Shown: positions 1 through 9,525 of the stretch, one piece after another
How the letters are laid out: every line of letters starts with the position of its first letter
How positions within the stretch are numbered: position 1 is the stretch's first letter
NCBI GenBank assembly: GCA_963798845.1
Contig: CAWCUS010000005.1
Location: 14,684-78,683, forward strand
Direction of reading: 5' to 3'
Origin: an uncultured Gemmatimonadales bacterium
Lineage (GTDB): Bacteria > Gemmatimonadota > Gemmatimonadetes > Longimicrobiales > RSA9
Length of the DNA stretch: 64,000 bases
The notes under the pieces: model-generated
What the model saw: the letters and a program-made list of their open reading frames with translations, nothing else
Databases searched by the model: none
Told to the model about the DNA's origin: nothing
Translations under genes and position numbers: made by a program

Positions 1-1
1 G

Positions 2-1108
2 CGCGAGCTCCAGGCGGAGATCCGGAAGCGCGAGGAGGAGTGGGCGGAGGAGCGGAAACAGCACCGTCCGGTGATCGGCGTGGAAGACGTCGCCTTCATC
101 GTGAGCCGCTGGACCGGCATCCCGGTGACGCGGCTGAAGGAGGCGGAGACGGAGCGGCTGGTCAACATGGAAGCCGAGATCCACAAGCGCGTGGTGGGCC
201 AGGAGGAGGCGATCAAGGCCATCAGCCGCGCCATCCGCCGGAGCCGTGCGGGGCTCAAGAACCCGGATCGCCCGATCGGCAGCTTCATCTTCAGCGGCCC
301 CACCGGCGTTGGGAAGACGGAGCTGGCGCGGGCGCTGGCGGAGTTCCTGTTCGCCGACCGCGACGCGCTCATCCGCGTGGACATGAGCGAGTACATGGAG
401 AAGTTCTCCGTGTCCAGGCTCATCGGCGCGCCTCCCGGCTACGTGGGCTACGAGGACAGCGGCACCCTCACCAAGGCGGTGCGACGCCGGCCCTACAGTG
501 TGGTGCTGCTGGACGAGATCGAGAAGGCGCACCCCGACGTGTTCAACATCCTGCTCCAGGTCCTGGATGAGGGGCACCTGACGGACAACTATGGGCGCGT
601 GATCGATTTCAAGAACACGGTGCTGATCATGACGTCCAACCTCGGAGCCCGCGACATCAGCACGGGGAAGTCGACGCTCGGGTTCCATCAGCGCGACGCG
701 GAGACCACGTACGAGCGGATGCAGAACAAGGTCACCGAGGAGATCGAGCGGGCATTCAACCCCGAATTCCTGAACCGCGTGGACGACATCATCGTCTTCC
801 ACCCGCTCAGCAAGGAGCAGATCGGCGAGATCGTGCACATCATGCTGAAGGAAGTGCACACGCGACTGGCAGAGGAGGAGCTCGCGCTCACGGTGACCAC
901 TGAAGCGGTGAAGTTCCTGGTGGACAAGGGCTACGACGAGAAGTTCGGAGCGCGGCCGCTGCGTCGCGCGATCCAGCGCTACCTGGAAGACCCGCTCTCG
1001 GAGAAGATCCTGGTGCAGGAGTTCTCGCCCGGGGACGAGATCGAGGCGGACGTGACAGAAGAGGGGGACGCGCTGGAATTCCGCGTCCCATCGTCCAGCA
1101 AGACATGA
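2..1108 (+). CDS. clpC: Clp/Hsp100 AAA+ ATPase, ClpC-type, C-terminal part (5' end lies outside window)
   Basis: Frame is open from the window edge (codons from nt 2). D2 AAA+ module: SRWTGIPV, Walker A GPTGVGKT, Walker B VVLLDEIEKAH, PDVFNILLQVLDEG, sensor-2 GARPLRR. Stop TGA 1106-1108. Confidence 0.85.
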   Translation, partial: RELQAEIRKREEEWAEERKQHRPVIGVEDVAFIVSRWTGIPVTRLKEAETERLVNMEAEIHKRVVGQEEAIKAISRAIRRSRAGLKNPDRPIGSFIFSGPTGVGKTELARALAEFLFADRDALIRVDMSEYMEKFSVSRLIGAPPGYVGYEDSGTLTKAVRRRPYSVVLLDEIEKAHPDVFNILLQVLDEGHLTDNYGRVIDFKNTVLIMTSNLGARDISTGKSTLGFHQRDAETTYERMQNKVTEEIERAFNPEFLNRVDDIIVFHPLSKEQIGEIVHIMLKEVHTRLAEEELALTVTTEAVKFLVDKGYDEKFGARPLRRAIQRYLEDPLSEKILVQEFSPGDEIEADVTEEGDALEFRVPSSSKT

Positions 1109-3573
1109 ATCGAGTGACATCCAGGACGATCATGGGGGCGGCCGCGGTCGCGGTCGCCTCTTTCGTCGCGGCGGTCGGTACCACGCCGCTGTCGGGGCAG
1201 GAGCCGACGGGCACGCAGCCGGTCGGCGCGGTTCAGCCGGTGAAGGTGGAAGCGGTGGACGTCCGCGGGAACGAGCGGCTCTCGGACGACATCATCCTGT
1301 CCACGGCAGGGATCCGGCTCGGGGACGAGATCACCTACCGGGACATCCAGGACGCGATCCACCGTCTGTGGGTGACGCAGCAGTTCTCAGACGTGAAGGT
1401 GTACGCGGAGAACGTGGAGCCGTCGAACCCGCAGTCGGGCGTGCGGCTGATCGTGGACGTGAAGGAGCAGCCGTTCGTCTCCTACGTGGACATCCAGGGG
1501 CTGGAGCACATCCGGGCGAAGACGGTACGCGACAGTGCCCGGCTGGGGGCGGCGCAGCCGTACGATCCGGCGCGGGTGGCGCGGGCGGAGTCGCTGATCC
1601 GGGACATGCTGGCGAAGAAAGGGATCCGGGTCAACGAAATCGAGCACCGCCTGGTACCGGTCGAGGAGGGGAAGGACGAGTACCGGCTGGTGATCGACGT
1701 GCAGGAGGGGCAGCGGGTCGCCATCTCGGAGATCCACTTCGTGGGCAACGAAGTCTTCGACGCCGGCGAGCTCGAGGGCGCCATGTCGACCAAGGAGGAA
1801 GGCTTCCTCTGGTACCACTCCGGGCTGTACGACGAGGATTCGTTCCAGGCCGACCTGCGCCAGAATCTCCCCACCTTCTACGGCAGCCACGGCTACATCG
1901 ACTTCGGTGTGACGCGTGACACGCTGGTCGTGGATCCGGAGACGGGGAAGGGGCGGATCACCATCTGGGTGAACGAAGGACCGAAGTACCGGCTGGTGGA
2001 CTTCGAGGTTCGAGGGAACCGGCAGTTTCCCACCGAGGACCTGAAGCGGTACTACGAGAGCTCGCGCGGTGGGCTGCTGGCCAGCTTCGGGATCGGCGGG
2101 ATCGGCGCCGAGCAGGGCCAGCTGGCGTCCAACACGCCGGTGTTCAACCAGGGGCGCTTCGATCAGGCCACGGAGGACGTGAGGCAGGCGTACCGCAACG
2201 AGGGATACCTGTACGCGCAGGTGGTCCCGTTCGTGGAGCGCACCGAGACGGACTCGGGCGAGCCGGCGGTGCGCGTGGGCTGGAACATCGCGGAAGGGGA
2301 GCCCGCGTACGTCAATCGCGTGATGATCGCGGGGAACACGTACACGCACGAGGACGTGATCCGCGACCGGATCTTCCTGCTCCCGGGCGACGTCTACAAC
2401 GAGGACCTGCTGATCCAGAGCTACCGGAGCATCATGGGACTGGGCTTCTTCGAGACGCCAATGCCCACGCCCGAGCTGGACCAGCTCGACAATGGGGACA
2501 TCAACGTCACCTTCGACGTGAAGGAGAAGCAGACCGGCTCGGTCAACTTCGGCACGACGGTCGGCGGGTGGGGCGGCATCGCGGGCTTCATCGGGTACGA
2601 CCAGCCGAACCTCTTCGGCCAGGCGAAGTCGGGACACCTGCGCTGGGAATTCGGGCAGGCCTACAACAACTTCCAGGCGAGCTACACGGATCCCGCCATC
2701 CAGGGGTCGCAGGTCAGCGGGTCCGTCTCGCTGTTCAGCACGAAGCAGAATCGGTTCTTCAGCTTCCCGGAGGGGGAGCGACGCAACACGGGTGGATCGC
2801 TGCGCTTCGGCGTCCCGTTCCCGCTGGATCGCAGATTCTCCCGCGTATTCCTGGGCTACCAGCTGTCGCGCACGTCGTACCGCAATTTCGGCGACAACGC
2901 GGACGCCCTGTTCGGGCTTCCGCCGGGCGTGCTGAGCACCATTTCGCTCTCGCTCCTGCGGAATACGCTGGACAATCCCATGTTCCCGACCGTCGGGACG
3001 CGGCACGAGCTGGAGGCGGACCTGAGCGGCGGGCCGCTCGGCGGCGACGGGAACTTCCAGAAGTACACCGCCACCGGCCAGTGGTGGACGCCCGTGGCGC
3101 AGTTCGGCGGCGGGCAGCCGGGTGTACGTCCAGTTCGCACCTCGCTGGGACTCACGGTGGCCGGAGGTGCGATCGTCGGCAACGCGGGCGAGTTCCCGTT
3201 CGAGCGATTCTGGATGGGCGGCGTGCAGTTCGGCGAGCAGCTGCGCGGCTATGACGAAACGACCATCACTCCGGCGGGGTACCTGCCGAGGGGCAATGGA
3301 ACGCTGTCGGACCGGCTGGGCAATGCGTTCATCCGGCTCTCGGCGGAGTATGCAGTCCGGTTCAACGACAACGTGTCCGTGTCGCTGTTCGGCGACGCCG
3401 GCAACCTGTGGCGGGACCCCATGGAGGTGAACCCGACCAGGCTGTTTCGGGGTGCGGGCCTCGGGGTCCAGCTGGTGACGCCGTTCGGGCCCATGGGGCT
3501 CGACTACGCGTACGGCTTCGACAAGACAGAGCCCGGGTGGCAGCTCCACTTCAAATTCGGGCAGACGTACTAG
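1105..3573 (+). CDS. bamA: Outer membrane protein assembly factor BamA (POTRA repeats + Omp85 barrel)
   Basis: 822 aa with signal peptide, POTRA-like repeats, and a C-terminal barrel ending WQLHFKFGQTY. ATGA overlap with clpC stop. Followed by skp-lpxD as in many diderms. Confidence 0.93.
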   Translation: MNRVTSRTIMGAAAVAVASFVAAVGTTPLSGQEPTGTQPVGAVQPVKVEAVDVRGNERLSDDIILSTAGIRLGDEITYRDIQDAIHRLWVTQQFSDVKVYAENVEPSNPQSGVRLIVDVKEQPFVSYVDIQGLEHIRAKTVRDSARLGAAQPYDPARVARAESLIRDMLAKKGIRVNEIEHRLVPVEEGKDEYRLVIDVQEGQRVAISEIHFVGNEVFDAGELEGAMSTKEEGFLWYHSGLYDEDSFQADLRQNLPTFYGSHGYIDFGVTRDTLVVDPETGKGRITIWVNEGPKYRLVDFEVRGNRQFPTEDLKRYYESSRGGLLASFGIGGIGAEQGQLASNTPVFNQGRFDQATEDVRQAYRNEGYLYAQVVPFVERTETDSGEPAVRVGWNIAEGEPAYVNRVMIAGNTYTHEDVIRDRIFLLPGDVYNEDLLIQSYRSIMGLGFFETPMPTPELDQLDNGDINVTFDVKEKQTGSVNFGTTVGGWGGIAGFIGYDQPNLFGQAKSGHLRWEFGQAYNNFQASYTDPAIQGSQVSGSVSLFSTKQNRFFSFPEGERRNTGGSLRFGVPFPLDRRFSRVFLGYQLSRTSYRNFGDNADALFGLPPGVLSTISLSLLRNTLDNPMFPTVGTRHELEADLSGGPLGGDGNFQKYTATGQWWTPVAQFGGGQPGVRPVRTSLGLTVAGGAIVGNAGEFPFERFWMGGVQFGEQLRGYDETTITPAGYLPRGNGTLSDRLGNAFIRLSAEYAVRFNDNVSVSLFGDAGNLWRDPMEVNPTRLFRGAGLGVQLVTPFGPMGLDYAYGFDKTEPGWQLHFKFGQTY

Positions 3574-3576
3574 CGA

Positions 3577-4134
3577 GTGAAAGGTGGTTGGAGGATGAGG
3601 TTCAAGGCGAGTATGGCCCTGGCGCTGGGACTGGTGCTCACCGCAGGTAGTCAGCTGGCGGCGCAGAGCGCCAACATCGTGTTCATCGACTCGGAGCGGC
3701 TTCGCAACGAGGCGCCGGGTCTGCAGGCGGCGAAGGCGCAGATCCAGCAGGAGATGAGCAAGTTCGAAGCGCAGGCGGACAGCACGATGGCACCGCTGCA
3801 GCAGGAGCTCCAGAACGAACTGCAGCAGTTCCAGCAGCAGCAGAGCATGATGACCGCGGAGAAGCGGCAGGAGCGGCAGCAGGCGCTGCAGCAGAAGCAG
3901 CAGCAGCTCCAGCAGCGCGGACAGGAGCTCCAGCAGCAGGCGCAGACCAAGCAGAACCAGATCCTGCAGCCGGCGCTCGAGCACATCAACCAGGTGATCG
4001 ACCAGATTCGTTCCGAGAAGGGGTACAGCTTCATCCTCAATGTCGCCTCGGGGGGCGTGATCGCGGCGGACCCGTCGCTGGACATCACGGCGGAAGTGCT
4101 GCGTCGCCTGAAGGGCGGAGCGAGCCAGGGTTAG
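3577..4134 (+). CDS. skp: OmpH/Skp-family periplasmic chaperone
   Basis: 185 aa with signal peptide (ALALGLVLTAGSQLAAQ) and a Q/E-rich coiled coil. Canonical position between bamA and lpxD. Start could instead be ATG 3595. Confidence 0.8.
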   Translation: MKGGWRMRFKASMALALGLVLTAGSQLAAQSANIVFIDSERLRNEAPGLQAAKAQIQQEMSKFEAQADSTMAPLQQELQNELQQFQQQQSMMTAEKRQERQQALQQKQQQLQQRGQELQQQAQTKQNQILQPALEHINQVIDQIRSEKGYSFILNVASGGVIAADPSLDITAEVLRRLKGGASQG

Positions 4135-4176
4135 CGGCTGGATCGGACATCCACTCGAGATGAGGGGGCGGAGCGG

Positions 4177-5205
4177 GTGAAGGGTTCCGACATTGCGCGC
4201 CTGCTCGACGCGGAGCTGAAGGGGGGAGCCGACCCGGAGATCACGGGCGCGGCTCCCCTCGATCGTGCGGAACCGGGGGACCTCTCGTTCGTTGCTCAGC
4301 CCCGGTACCTCTCTTACCTTCACGCGTCGCGCGCGGGGGTGCTCCTGGTGGCGGCTTCCCTTGCGGACCGGGTCGACCCGGCGCGGGCGCGCATCGTCGT
4401 CGACGACGTGCATGCGAGCCTGATCCGGGTGCTGCCCCGACTCCACCCTGAAGCGCCGTCTCCACCGCGAGTACACCCGTCCGCGGTGGTGGCGGCGGAC
4501 GCGGAAGTGGGCGAGGGCGCAGGCATCGGCGCCGGGGCGGTGATCGGCGCCGGCGCGCGGGTGGGTCCGCGTGCGCGAATCGGCGAGCATGTGGTGGTCG
4601 GGCCCGGCTGCGTGCTGGGTGAGGACGTGGTTCTGCAGCCTCACGTGGTGCTCTATCGGCGGACGCGGATCGGTGCTCGTACCGTGGTGCACGCGGGCGC
4701 CCGCCTCGGGGTGGATGGGTTCGGCTTCGCGGCCGTGGACGGGGTGCCCACCAAGATCCCGCAGGTGGGCGACTGTGTGATCGGGAGCGACGTGGAGATC
4801 GGCGCCAACACGACGATCGACCGCGGGTCCATCGGGTCGACCGAGATCGGGAACCACGTGAAGATCGACAACCTGGTCCACGTGGGGCACAACGTGCGCA
4901 TTGGCGACGGCTCGATCATCGTGGCCCAGGTTGGGATCGCGGGGAGCACGAAGCTCGGCCAGGGCGTAACGCTGGGTGGGCAGGCCGGCCTGAACGGCCA
5001 TATCCGGATCGGGGACGGGGCGAAGGTCGCGGCGCAGGCAGGCGTGTTCGGTGACGTTCCCGCAGGCGAGGTTTGGAGCGGGTATCCGGCACGGCCGCAC
5101 AGGCAGGCAATGCGGGCGCAGGCGAACCTGATGCGCCTCGACCGGCTGCGGCAGCAGGTGCGGGATCTGGAACGGGAGATCGAGGGCATGCGCGGAGCGG
5201 AATGA
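4177..5205 (+). CDS. lpxD: UDP-3-O-acylglucosamine N-acyltransferase LpxD
   Basis: 342 aa. N-terminal LpxD-type domain followed by long hexapeptide-repeat left-handed beta-helix and C-terminal helix. Conserved skp-lpxD-fabZ-lpxA context. Confidence 0.92.
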   Translation: MKGSDIARLLDAELKGGADPEITGAAPLDRAEPGDLSFVAQPRYLSYLHASRAGVLLVAASLADRVDPARARIVVDDVHASLIRVLPRLHPEAPSPPRVHPSAVVAADAEVGEGAGIGAGAVIGAGARVGPRARIGEHVVVGPGCVLGEDVVLQPHVVLYRRTRIGARTVVHAGARLGVDGFGFAAVDGVPTKIPQVGDCVIGSDVEIGANTTIDRGSIGSTEIGNHVKIDNLVHVGHNVRIGDGSIIVAQVGIAGSTKLGQGVTLGGQAGLNGHIRIGDGAKVAAQAGVFGDVPAGEVWSGYPARPHRQAMRAQANLMRLDRLRQQVRDLEREIEGMRGAE

Positions 5206-6485
5206 GCGTACCGAGCCAGCAGACGATCGCGGGTGAAGCAGCGCTGGAGGGCGCGGGCGTCCACACAGGGCAGCACGCGCGCATCCGTTTCCTTGCCGCG
5301 GATCCCGACACGGGAGTGCGCTTCCGGCGGATGGACATGGATGGCGCGCCCGAGATCGCGGTATCGCTCGAGAACGTGGTGGACACGCAACTCGGAACGA
5401 CGCTGGCCTCGGAGGGCGTGGCGGCGCGCACCGTGGAGCACGTCCTCGCGGCCGTGGGGGCGCATCGCCTGGACAACCTGGTGATCGAGATCTCGGGTCC
5501 GGAGGTGCCGATCGTGGACGGCAGCTTCCTCCCCTACTATCAGCTCCTCGCCAATGCGGGGATCCGGGAGCAGGGCGTGCCCGCTCGCGTGCTGCGGCTA
5601 TCGGCGCCGGTGAGCGTGGACGGGCCGAACGGCGGGAACTACGTGTGCGCGCCGGCGGCAGACCTGCGCGTGTCGGCCACCATCGAGTTCGATCACCCCC
5701 TGGTGCGCCGGCAGTTCGCGTCGTTCAACATCGACGAGGGCTTCGGGCGCGACCTCGCCCCGGCCAGGACGTTCGGGTTCCTGCGGGACAAGGAGGCGCT
5801 GCACTCGCAGGGGCTGGCGCTGGGCGCCAGCCTGGAGAATACGGTCGTCCTGGACGAGGCCGGGGTGGTCGAGGGGCAGGAGCTGCGCTTCGCGGACGAG
5901 TTCGTCCGGCACAAGATCGGCGACCTGGTGGGGGACCTGACGGTTCTCGGCGGACGGGTGGCGGGCCACGTCGTGGCCGAGCGGCCGAGCCACGCCGGGA
6001 ATATCGCGCTGGCCAAGGCGATCCGGGCGTCCGCCCGCCGCGGCGGCGATGGCGTGGTGGACATCACGAAGATCCTGCAGTATCTGCCCCACCGGTTTCC
6101 GATGCTCCTGGTGGACCGGATCATCGATTTCGAGGCGAGGAAGCGGATCGTCGGGATCAAGAACGTGACGATCAACGAGCCGTTCTTCCAGGGCCACTAC
6201 CCGGGGCACCCCATCATGCCGGGGGTCCTGATCATCGAGGCGATGGCGCAGGTAGGCGGGCTGCTGCTGCTGGACGCGATCGAGAAGCCGGAAGACAAGG
6301 TCGTCTACTTCATGACAATGGACAAAGTCAAATGGCGCCGTCCGGTGACGCCGGGGGATCAGCTGGTGTTCGAGCTGGAGATGCTGCAGTTCCGGGGACA
6401 CACGTGCCGGATGAAGGGCCAGGGCTACGTGGCCGGGAACCTGGTGGCGGAAGGGGAGTTCATGGCCCGGATCGTGGATCGATGA
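5202..6485 (+). CDS. lpxC-fabZ: Bifunctional UDP-3-O-acyl-GlcNAc deacetylase / 3-hydroxyacyl-ACP dehydratase (LpxC-FabZ fusion)
   Basis: Track ORF 5073 trimmed to ATG 5202 (ATGA overlap with lpxD stop). N-half is LpxC-like (TLASEGVAARTVEHVLAAV, HKIGDLVGDL). C-half is a FabZ hot-dog (LPHRFPMLLVDRI, FFQGHYPGHPIMPGVLIIEAMAQ). Confidence 0.92.
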   Translation: MSVPSQQTIAGEAALEGAGVHTGQHARIRFLAADPDTGVRFRRMDMDGAPEIAVSLENVVDTQLGTTLASEGVAARTVEHVLAAVGAHRLDNLVIEISGPEVPIVDGSFLPYYQLLANAGIREQGVPARVLRLSAPVSVDGPNGGNYVCAPAADLRVSATIEFDHPLVRRQFASFNIDEGFGRDLAPARTFGFLRDKEALHSQGLALGASLENTVVLDEAGVVEGQELRFADEFVRHKIGDLVGDLTVLGGRVAGHVVAERPSHAGNIALAKAIRASARRGGDGVVDITKILQYLPHRFPMLLVDRIIDFEARKRIVGIKNVTINEPFFQGHYPGHPIMPGVLIIEAMAQVGGLLLLDAIEKPEDKVVYFMTMDKVKWRRPVTPGDQLVFELEMLQFRGHTCRMKGQGYVAGNLVAEGEFMARIVDR

Positions 6486-7294
6486 TGAGCGACAAGATGA
6501 TGGAGACGACCCTGCCGTACGGATCGGGCGTGCACCCGACGGCGCTGGTGAGCGAGCTCGCTGAGTTGGGCAGCGGCGTGACGGTGGGCCCCGGGTCGAT
6601 CGTCGGTCCCGGCGTCGTCATCGGGAACGGAACGGAGATCGGGTCGAACGTCCTGATCGAGCGGAGCACGGTGATCGGGCGCGACTGCCGCGTCTTTCAC
6701 GGCGCAGTCCTCGGCACGGAGCCGCAGGACCTGAAGTACGAGGGAGAGGACACGAAGCTGATCGTGGGCGACCGGACGATGATCCGGGAGTATGCCACCC
6801 TGAACCGCGGGACGCGGGCGTCCGGCCGGACGGTGGTGGGTAGAGACTGCCTCCTGATGGCGTACGTCCACGTGGCTCACGACTGCCACATCGGCGATCA
6901 CGTGATCCTCTCGAATGCGGTGAACATGGGCGGGCACACCACCATCGGCGACTGGGCGATCGTGGGCGGGCTCACCGCCATCCACCAGTTCGTCCGGATT
7001 GGCGAGCACGCGTTCGTGGGCGGCGCCTCCCGCGTCGCGAAAGACATCGCGCCCTACGTTCGCTGCTCCGGCAACCCGATGGCCATGGCCGGGCTGAACA
7101 GCGTGGGGCTGCGCCGGCGGGGCTTCAGCGACGACACTCGCCTGGCGCTGAAGCGCGCCTACCGCCTGTTCTTCAACTCGGAGTACAATGTTTCCCAGGC
7201 GCTGGTGCGGGCGAGGGCGGAACTGTTGCTGACGCCGGAAGTGGAGGCGTTCATCACGTTCTTCGAGGAGAGCGAGCGGGGCGTCTCGCTGTGA
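6482..7294 (+). CDS. lpxA: Acyl-ACP--UDP-GlcNAc O-acyltransferase LpxA
   Basis: ATG 6482 (ATGA overlap with previous stop). Hexapeptide repeats plus LpxA C-terminal helical domain (NSVGLRRRGFS, LKRAYRLFF). Confidence 0.92.
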   Translation: MMSDKMMETTLPYGSGVHPTALVSELAELGSGVTVGPGSIVGPGVVIGNGTEIGSNVLIERSTVIGRDCRVFHGAVLGTEPQDLKYEGEDTKLIVGDRTMIREYATLNRGTRASGRTVVGRDCLLMAYVHVAHDCHIGDHVILSNAVNMGGHTTIGDWAIVGGLTAIHQFVRIGEHAFVGGASRVAKDIAPYVRCSGNPMAMAGLNSVGLRRRGFSDDTRLALKRAYRLFFNSEYNVSQALVRARAELLLTPEVEAFITFFEESERGVSL

Positions 7295-8289
7295 GCGGCA
7301 CCGGCTTGCGGTTGGGGGTGGTCGGCACCGGGAGCCTCGGTTTTCACCACGCGCGGATCGCGCGTGAGCTGTCGGGCGTGGAGTTCGCCGGGGTGTACGA
7401 TGCCGCTCCGGCGCGTCAGCAGGAGGTGGCGTCGAAGCTCGGCGTCACCGCCCACGCCACGCTGGACTCCCTGCTCGACGGGGTCGACGCAGTGGTGGTG
7501 GCGGTCCCCACGCAGGAACACGAAGCCGTGGCCGTGCGGGCGTTGGTCCGTGGGGTCCACACGCTGATCGAGAAACCGATCGCGCCGACCCTCGAGGCGG
7601 CCGACCGTATCCTGGAGGCGGCGGCCGGGTCGGGCGCGCGCGTCCAGATCGGACACGTGGAGCGGTTCAACGGTGCGATCCGGGCTGCCGAGCCGTACCT
7701 CGACGAGGTCCTCTTCGTGGAAAGCCATCGCCTGGCTCCGTTCGGTCCGCGCGGGACCGACGTGGCGGTGGTGCTGGATCTCATGATCCACGACCTCGAC
7801 CTGGTGCTCAGCCTGGTCGGCCATCCCGTGCAGGCGCTGGCCGCGGCCGGGATTCCCGTCCTCACGCCCAGCCCGGACATCGCGAACGCGCGGCTGGAGT
7901 TCGAGGGCGGCGGGGTGGCGAACCTGACGGCCAGCCGGGTATCCATGGAACGGCTGCGGAAGATCCGCTTTTTCCAGCGCTCCGGGTATCTCAGCCTCGA
8001 CCTGGCGGCGGGGAAGGGGGAGTTCCTTCGCCTGCGTGAGGGGATGGTGCTGGAGCCGGGCGCCCACATGGAGGCGGAGAGCCTGCTGAAGCTGGTGGAG
8101 CGGATCGAGTTGACGGGCGACGGTCAGGAGCCGCTCCGCTGCGAGCTGGAAGCGTTCGTCGCCGCGCTGCGCGGCGAGGCCCCGGTCAAGGTCTCCGGGG
8201 AGGATGGACGGGCCGCGCTGGGCGTCGCCCTGGAGATCGTGCAACGAATCGAGGACCATGTCGCTGCTACGTATCAGGCGCGAGCGTAA
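7291..8289 (+). CDS. Gfo/Idh/MocA-family NAD(P)-dependent oxidoreductase
   Basis: 332 aa. N-terminal Rossmann LRLGVVGTGSLGFHH and EKP motif (HTLIEKPIA). GTGA overlap with lpxA stop. Sits between lpxA and lpxB. Confidence 0.8.
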   Translation: MSGTGLRLGVVGTGSLGFHHARIARELSGVEFAGVYDAAPARQQEVASKLGVTAHATLDSLLDGVDAVVVAVPTQEHEAVAVRALVRGVHTLIEKPIAPTLEAADRILEAAAGSGARVQIGHVERFNGAIRAAEPYLDEVLFVESHRLAPFGPRGTDVAVVLDLMIHDLDLVLSLVGHPVQALAAAGIPVLTPSPDIANARLEFEGGGVANLTASRVSMERLRKIRFFQRSGYLSLDLAAGKGEFLRLREGMVLEPGAHMEAESLLKLVERIELTGDGQEPLRCELEAFVAALRGEAPVKVSGEDGRAALGVALEIVQRIEDHVAATYQARA

Positions 8290-8392
8290 GGCGGAAGCGA
8301 TCGGCCCCACGCGCCCGCCCCGACTGGGGCGGCTGATCGTGGGCCTGGCGATCGTGCTTCTCGCCATCTGGTATCTCTCGAGCCTGACGTGA
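8258..8392 (+). CDS. Possible 44-aa single-pass membrane micro-protein
   Basis: ATG 8258 gives MSLLRIRRERKAEAIGPTRPPRLGRLIVGLAIVLLAIWYLSSLT, a basic tail plus one hydrophobic helix. Its TGA overlaps the lpxB GTG (GTGA). It overlaps the previous gene by 32 nt. No family recognised and the Shine-Dalgarno is weak. Confidence 0.3.
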   Translation: MSLLRIRRERKAEAIGPTRPPRLGRLIVGLAIVLLAIWYLSSLT

Positions 8393-9525
8393 TCGGGACG
8401 GCTCCGACCATCTTCCTTTCCGCCGGCGAGCCTTCCGGGGACCTCCACGGCGCGGCTGTCGCGCGGGCCCTCCGCGCGCGCTGGCCGGCGGTCCGGCTGC
8501 TCGGACTGGCGGGCCCGAGAATGCAGGCGGCAGGTGTGGAGCCGATCGCGCCGTTCGACCGGCTGGCCGTCATGGGCTTTGCCGAGGTCGCGAAGCACCT
8601 GCCTTTCTTCGTTCGGCTGCTGGGACGTGCCGTGCGATCGATCCGGGATGCCGGGGCCGACCTGGTGATTCCCATCGACTACCCGGGATTCAACCTGCGC
8701 CTGGCCGCGCGCAGCCACCGGCTTGGCGTGCCCGTGCTCTACTACATCGCGCCGCAGGTGTGGGCGTGGCACCGCAGCCGGGCCCGGCGCCTGGCCGACG
8801 TGGCGGACCGGCTCGCGGTCATCCTGCCGTTCGAGGAGGAAGTATTCGCTCCATTCGGCGGAAACGTGCGCTTCGTCGGGCACCCGCTGGTGGACCGGCC
8901 TCCGCCCCCGGCGGATCGGGACGCGTTCTGCGGACCGCTGGGGCTGGACCCCGGACGGCGCATCCTCGCCCTGTTCCCAGGCTCGCGGAGCCAGGAGGTG
9001 GAGCGGCATCTCGAGCCCTTCGCGGCAGCGGCGCGCCGGGTGGTGGCCGCGCGCTGGCACGTGCAGCCGGTCCTGGCCCGCTCCCCGGATGTTCCCGCCG
9101 CGGCGTACCGCGACGTGGACCTCCCCGTGACGCTGGACGGGGCCGCCCTGCTGGCCCACGCTCACGCAGCGCTGGTGAAATCCGGAACCACCACGCTCGA
9201 GGCCGCTCTCGCCGGCGTGCCGATGGTGATCGCTTACCGCACGCACCCGTTGACCTTCTGGCTGGCCCGCAAGCTGGTGGACGTCGAGCACATCGGGCTG
9301 GCGAACCTGGTGGCACGACGTCGCATCGCCGTCGAGCTCCTCCAGGACGACGTCACGCCGGAGAAGCTCACCGCGGCGCTGCTGCCGCTCGTGGACGAGG
9401 GCCCCGCGCGCCAGGCGGCGCTGGACGGGGTCCGCAGCGTGCGGGAGGCCCTTCAGCCGAACGGTCCGGGGAGCGCCGCGAGCCGCGTCGCGGAGCTCGC
9501 GGCCGACGTCCTGGAGGGCGGATGA
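8389..9525 (+). CDS. lpxB: Lipid-A-disaccharide synthase LpxB
   Basis: 378 aa with FLSAGEPSGDLHGA N-terminus and KSGTTTLEAAL. Typical LpxB length and context. Confidence 0.92.
   Translation: MIGTAPTIFLSAGEPSGDLHGAAVARALRARWPAVRLLGLAGPRMQAAGVEPIAPFDRLAVMGFAEVAKHLPFFVRLLGRAVRSIRDAGADLVIPIDYPGFNLRLAARSHRLGVPVLYYIAPQVWAWHRSRARRLADVADRLAVILPFEEEVFAPFGGNVRFVGHPLVDRPPPPADRDAFCGPLGLDPGRRILALFPGSRSQEVERHLEPFAAAARRVVAARWHVQPVLARSPDVPAAAYRDVDLPVTLDGAALLAHAHAALVKSGTTTLEAALAGVPMVIAYRTHPLTFWLARKLVDVEHIGLANLVARRRIAVELLQDDVTPEKLTAALLPLVDEGPARQAALDGVRSVREALQPNGPGSAASRVAELAADVLEGG

Noticed and set aside
3790-3960. CAG/CAGCAG-rich repeat
   Set aside because: It encodes the Gln-rich coiled coil of the Skp/OmpH chaperone. 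It is in-frame low complexity.
1387-5100. 1237-aa ORF on the minus strand spanning bamA, skp and lpxD
   Set aside because: It is antisense to three genes with clear family signatures. The translation is Arg/Pro/His/Leu-rich with no recognisable domain. Long open antisense frames are expected when the sense strand has extreme GC3.
5073-5201. N-terminal extensions of longest-ORF calls (5073, 5645, 8760, 10416, 18360, 26551, 28064, 31857, 32456, 35119, 39198, 56584, 58886)
   Set aside because: The extensions overlap the preceding gene in another frame and translate to Arg/Gly/Pro-rich nonsense. Each true start coincides with an ATGA/GTGA junction or a Shine-Dalgarno, and the family-typical N-terminus begins there.
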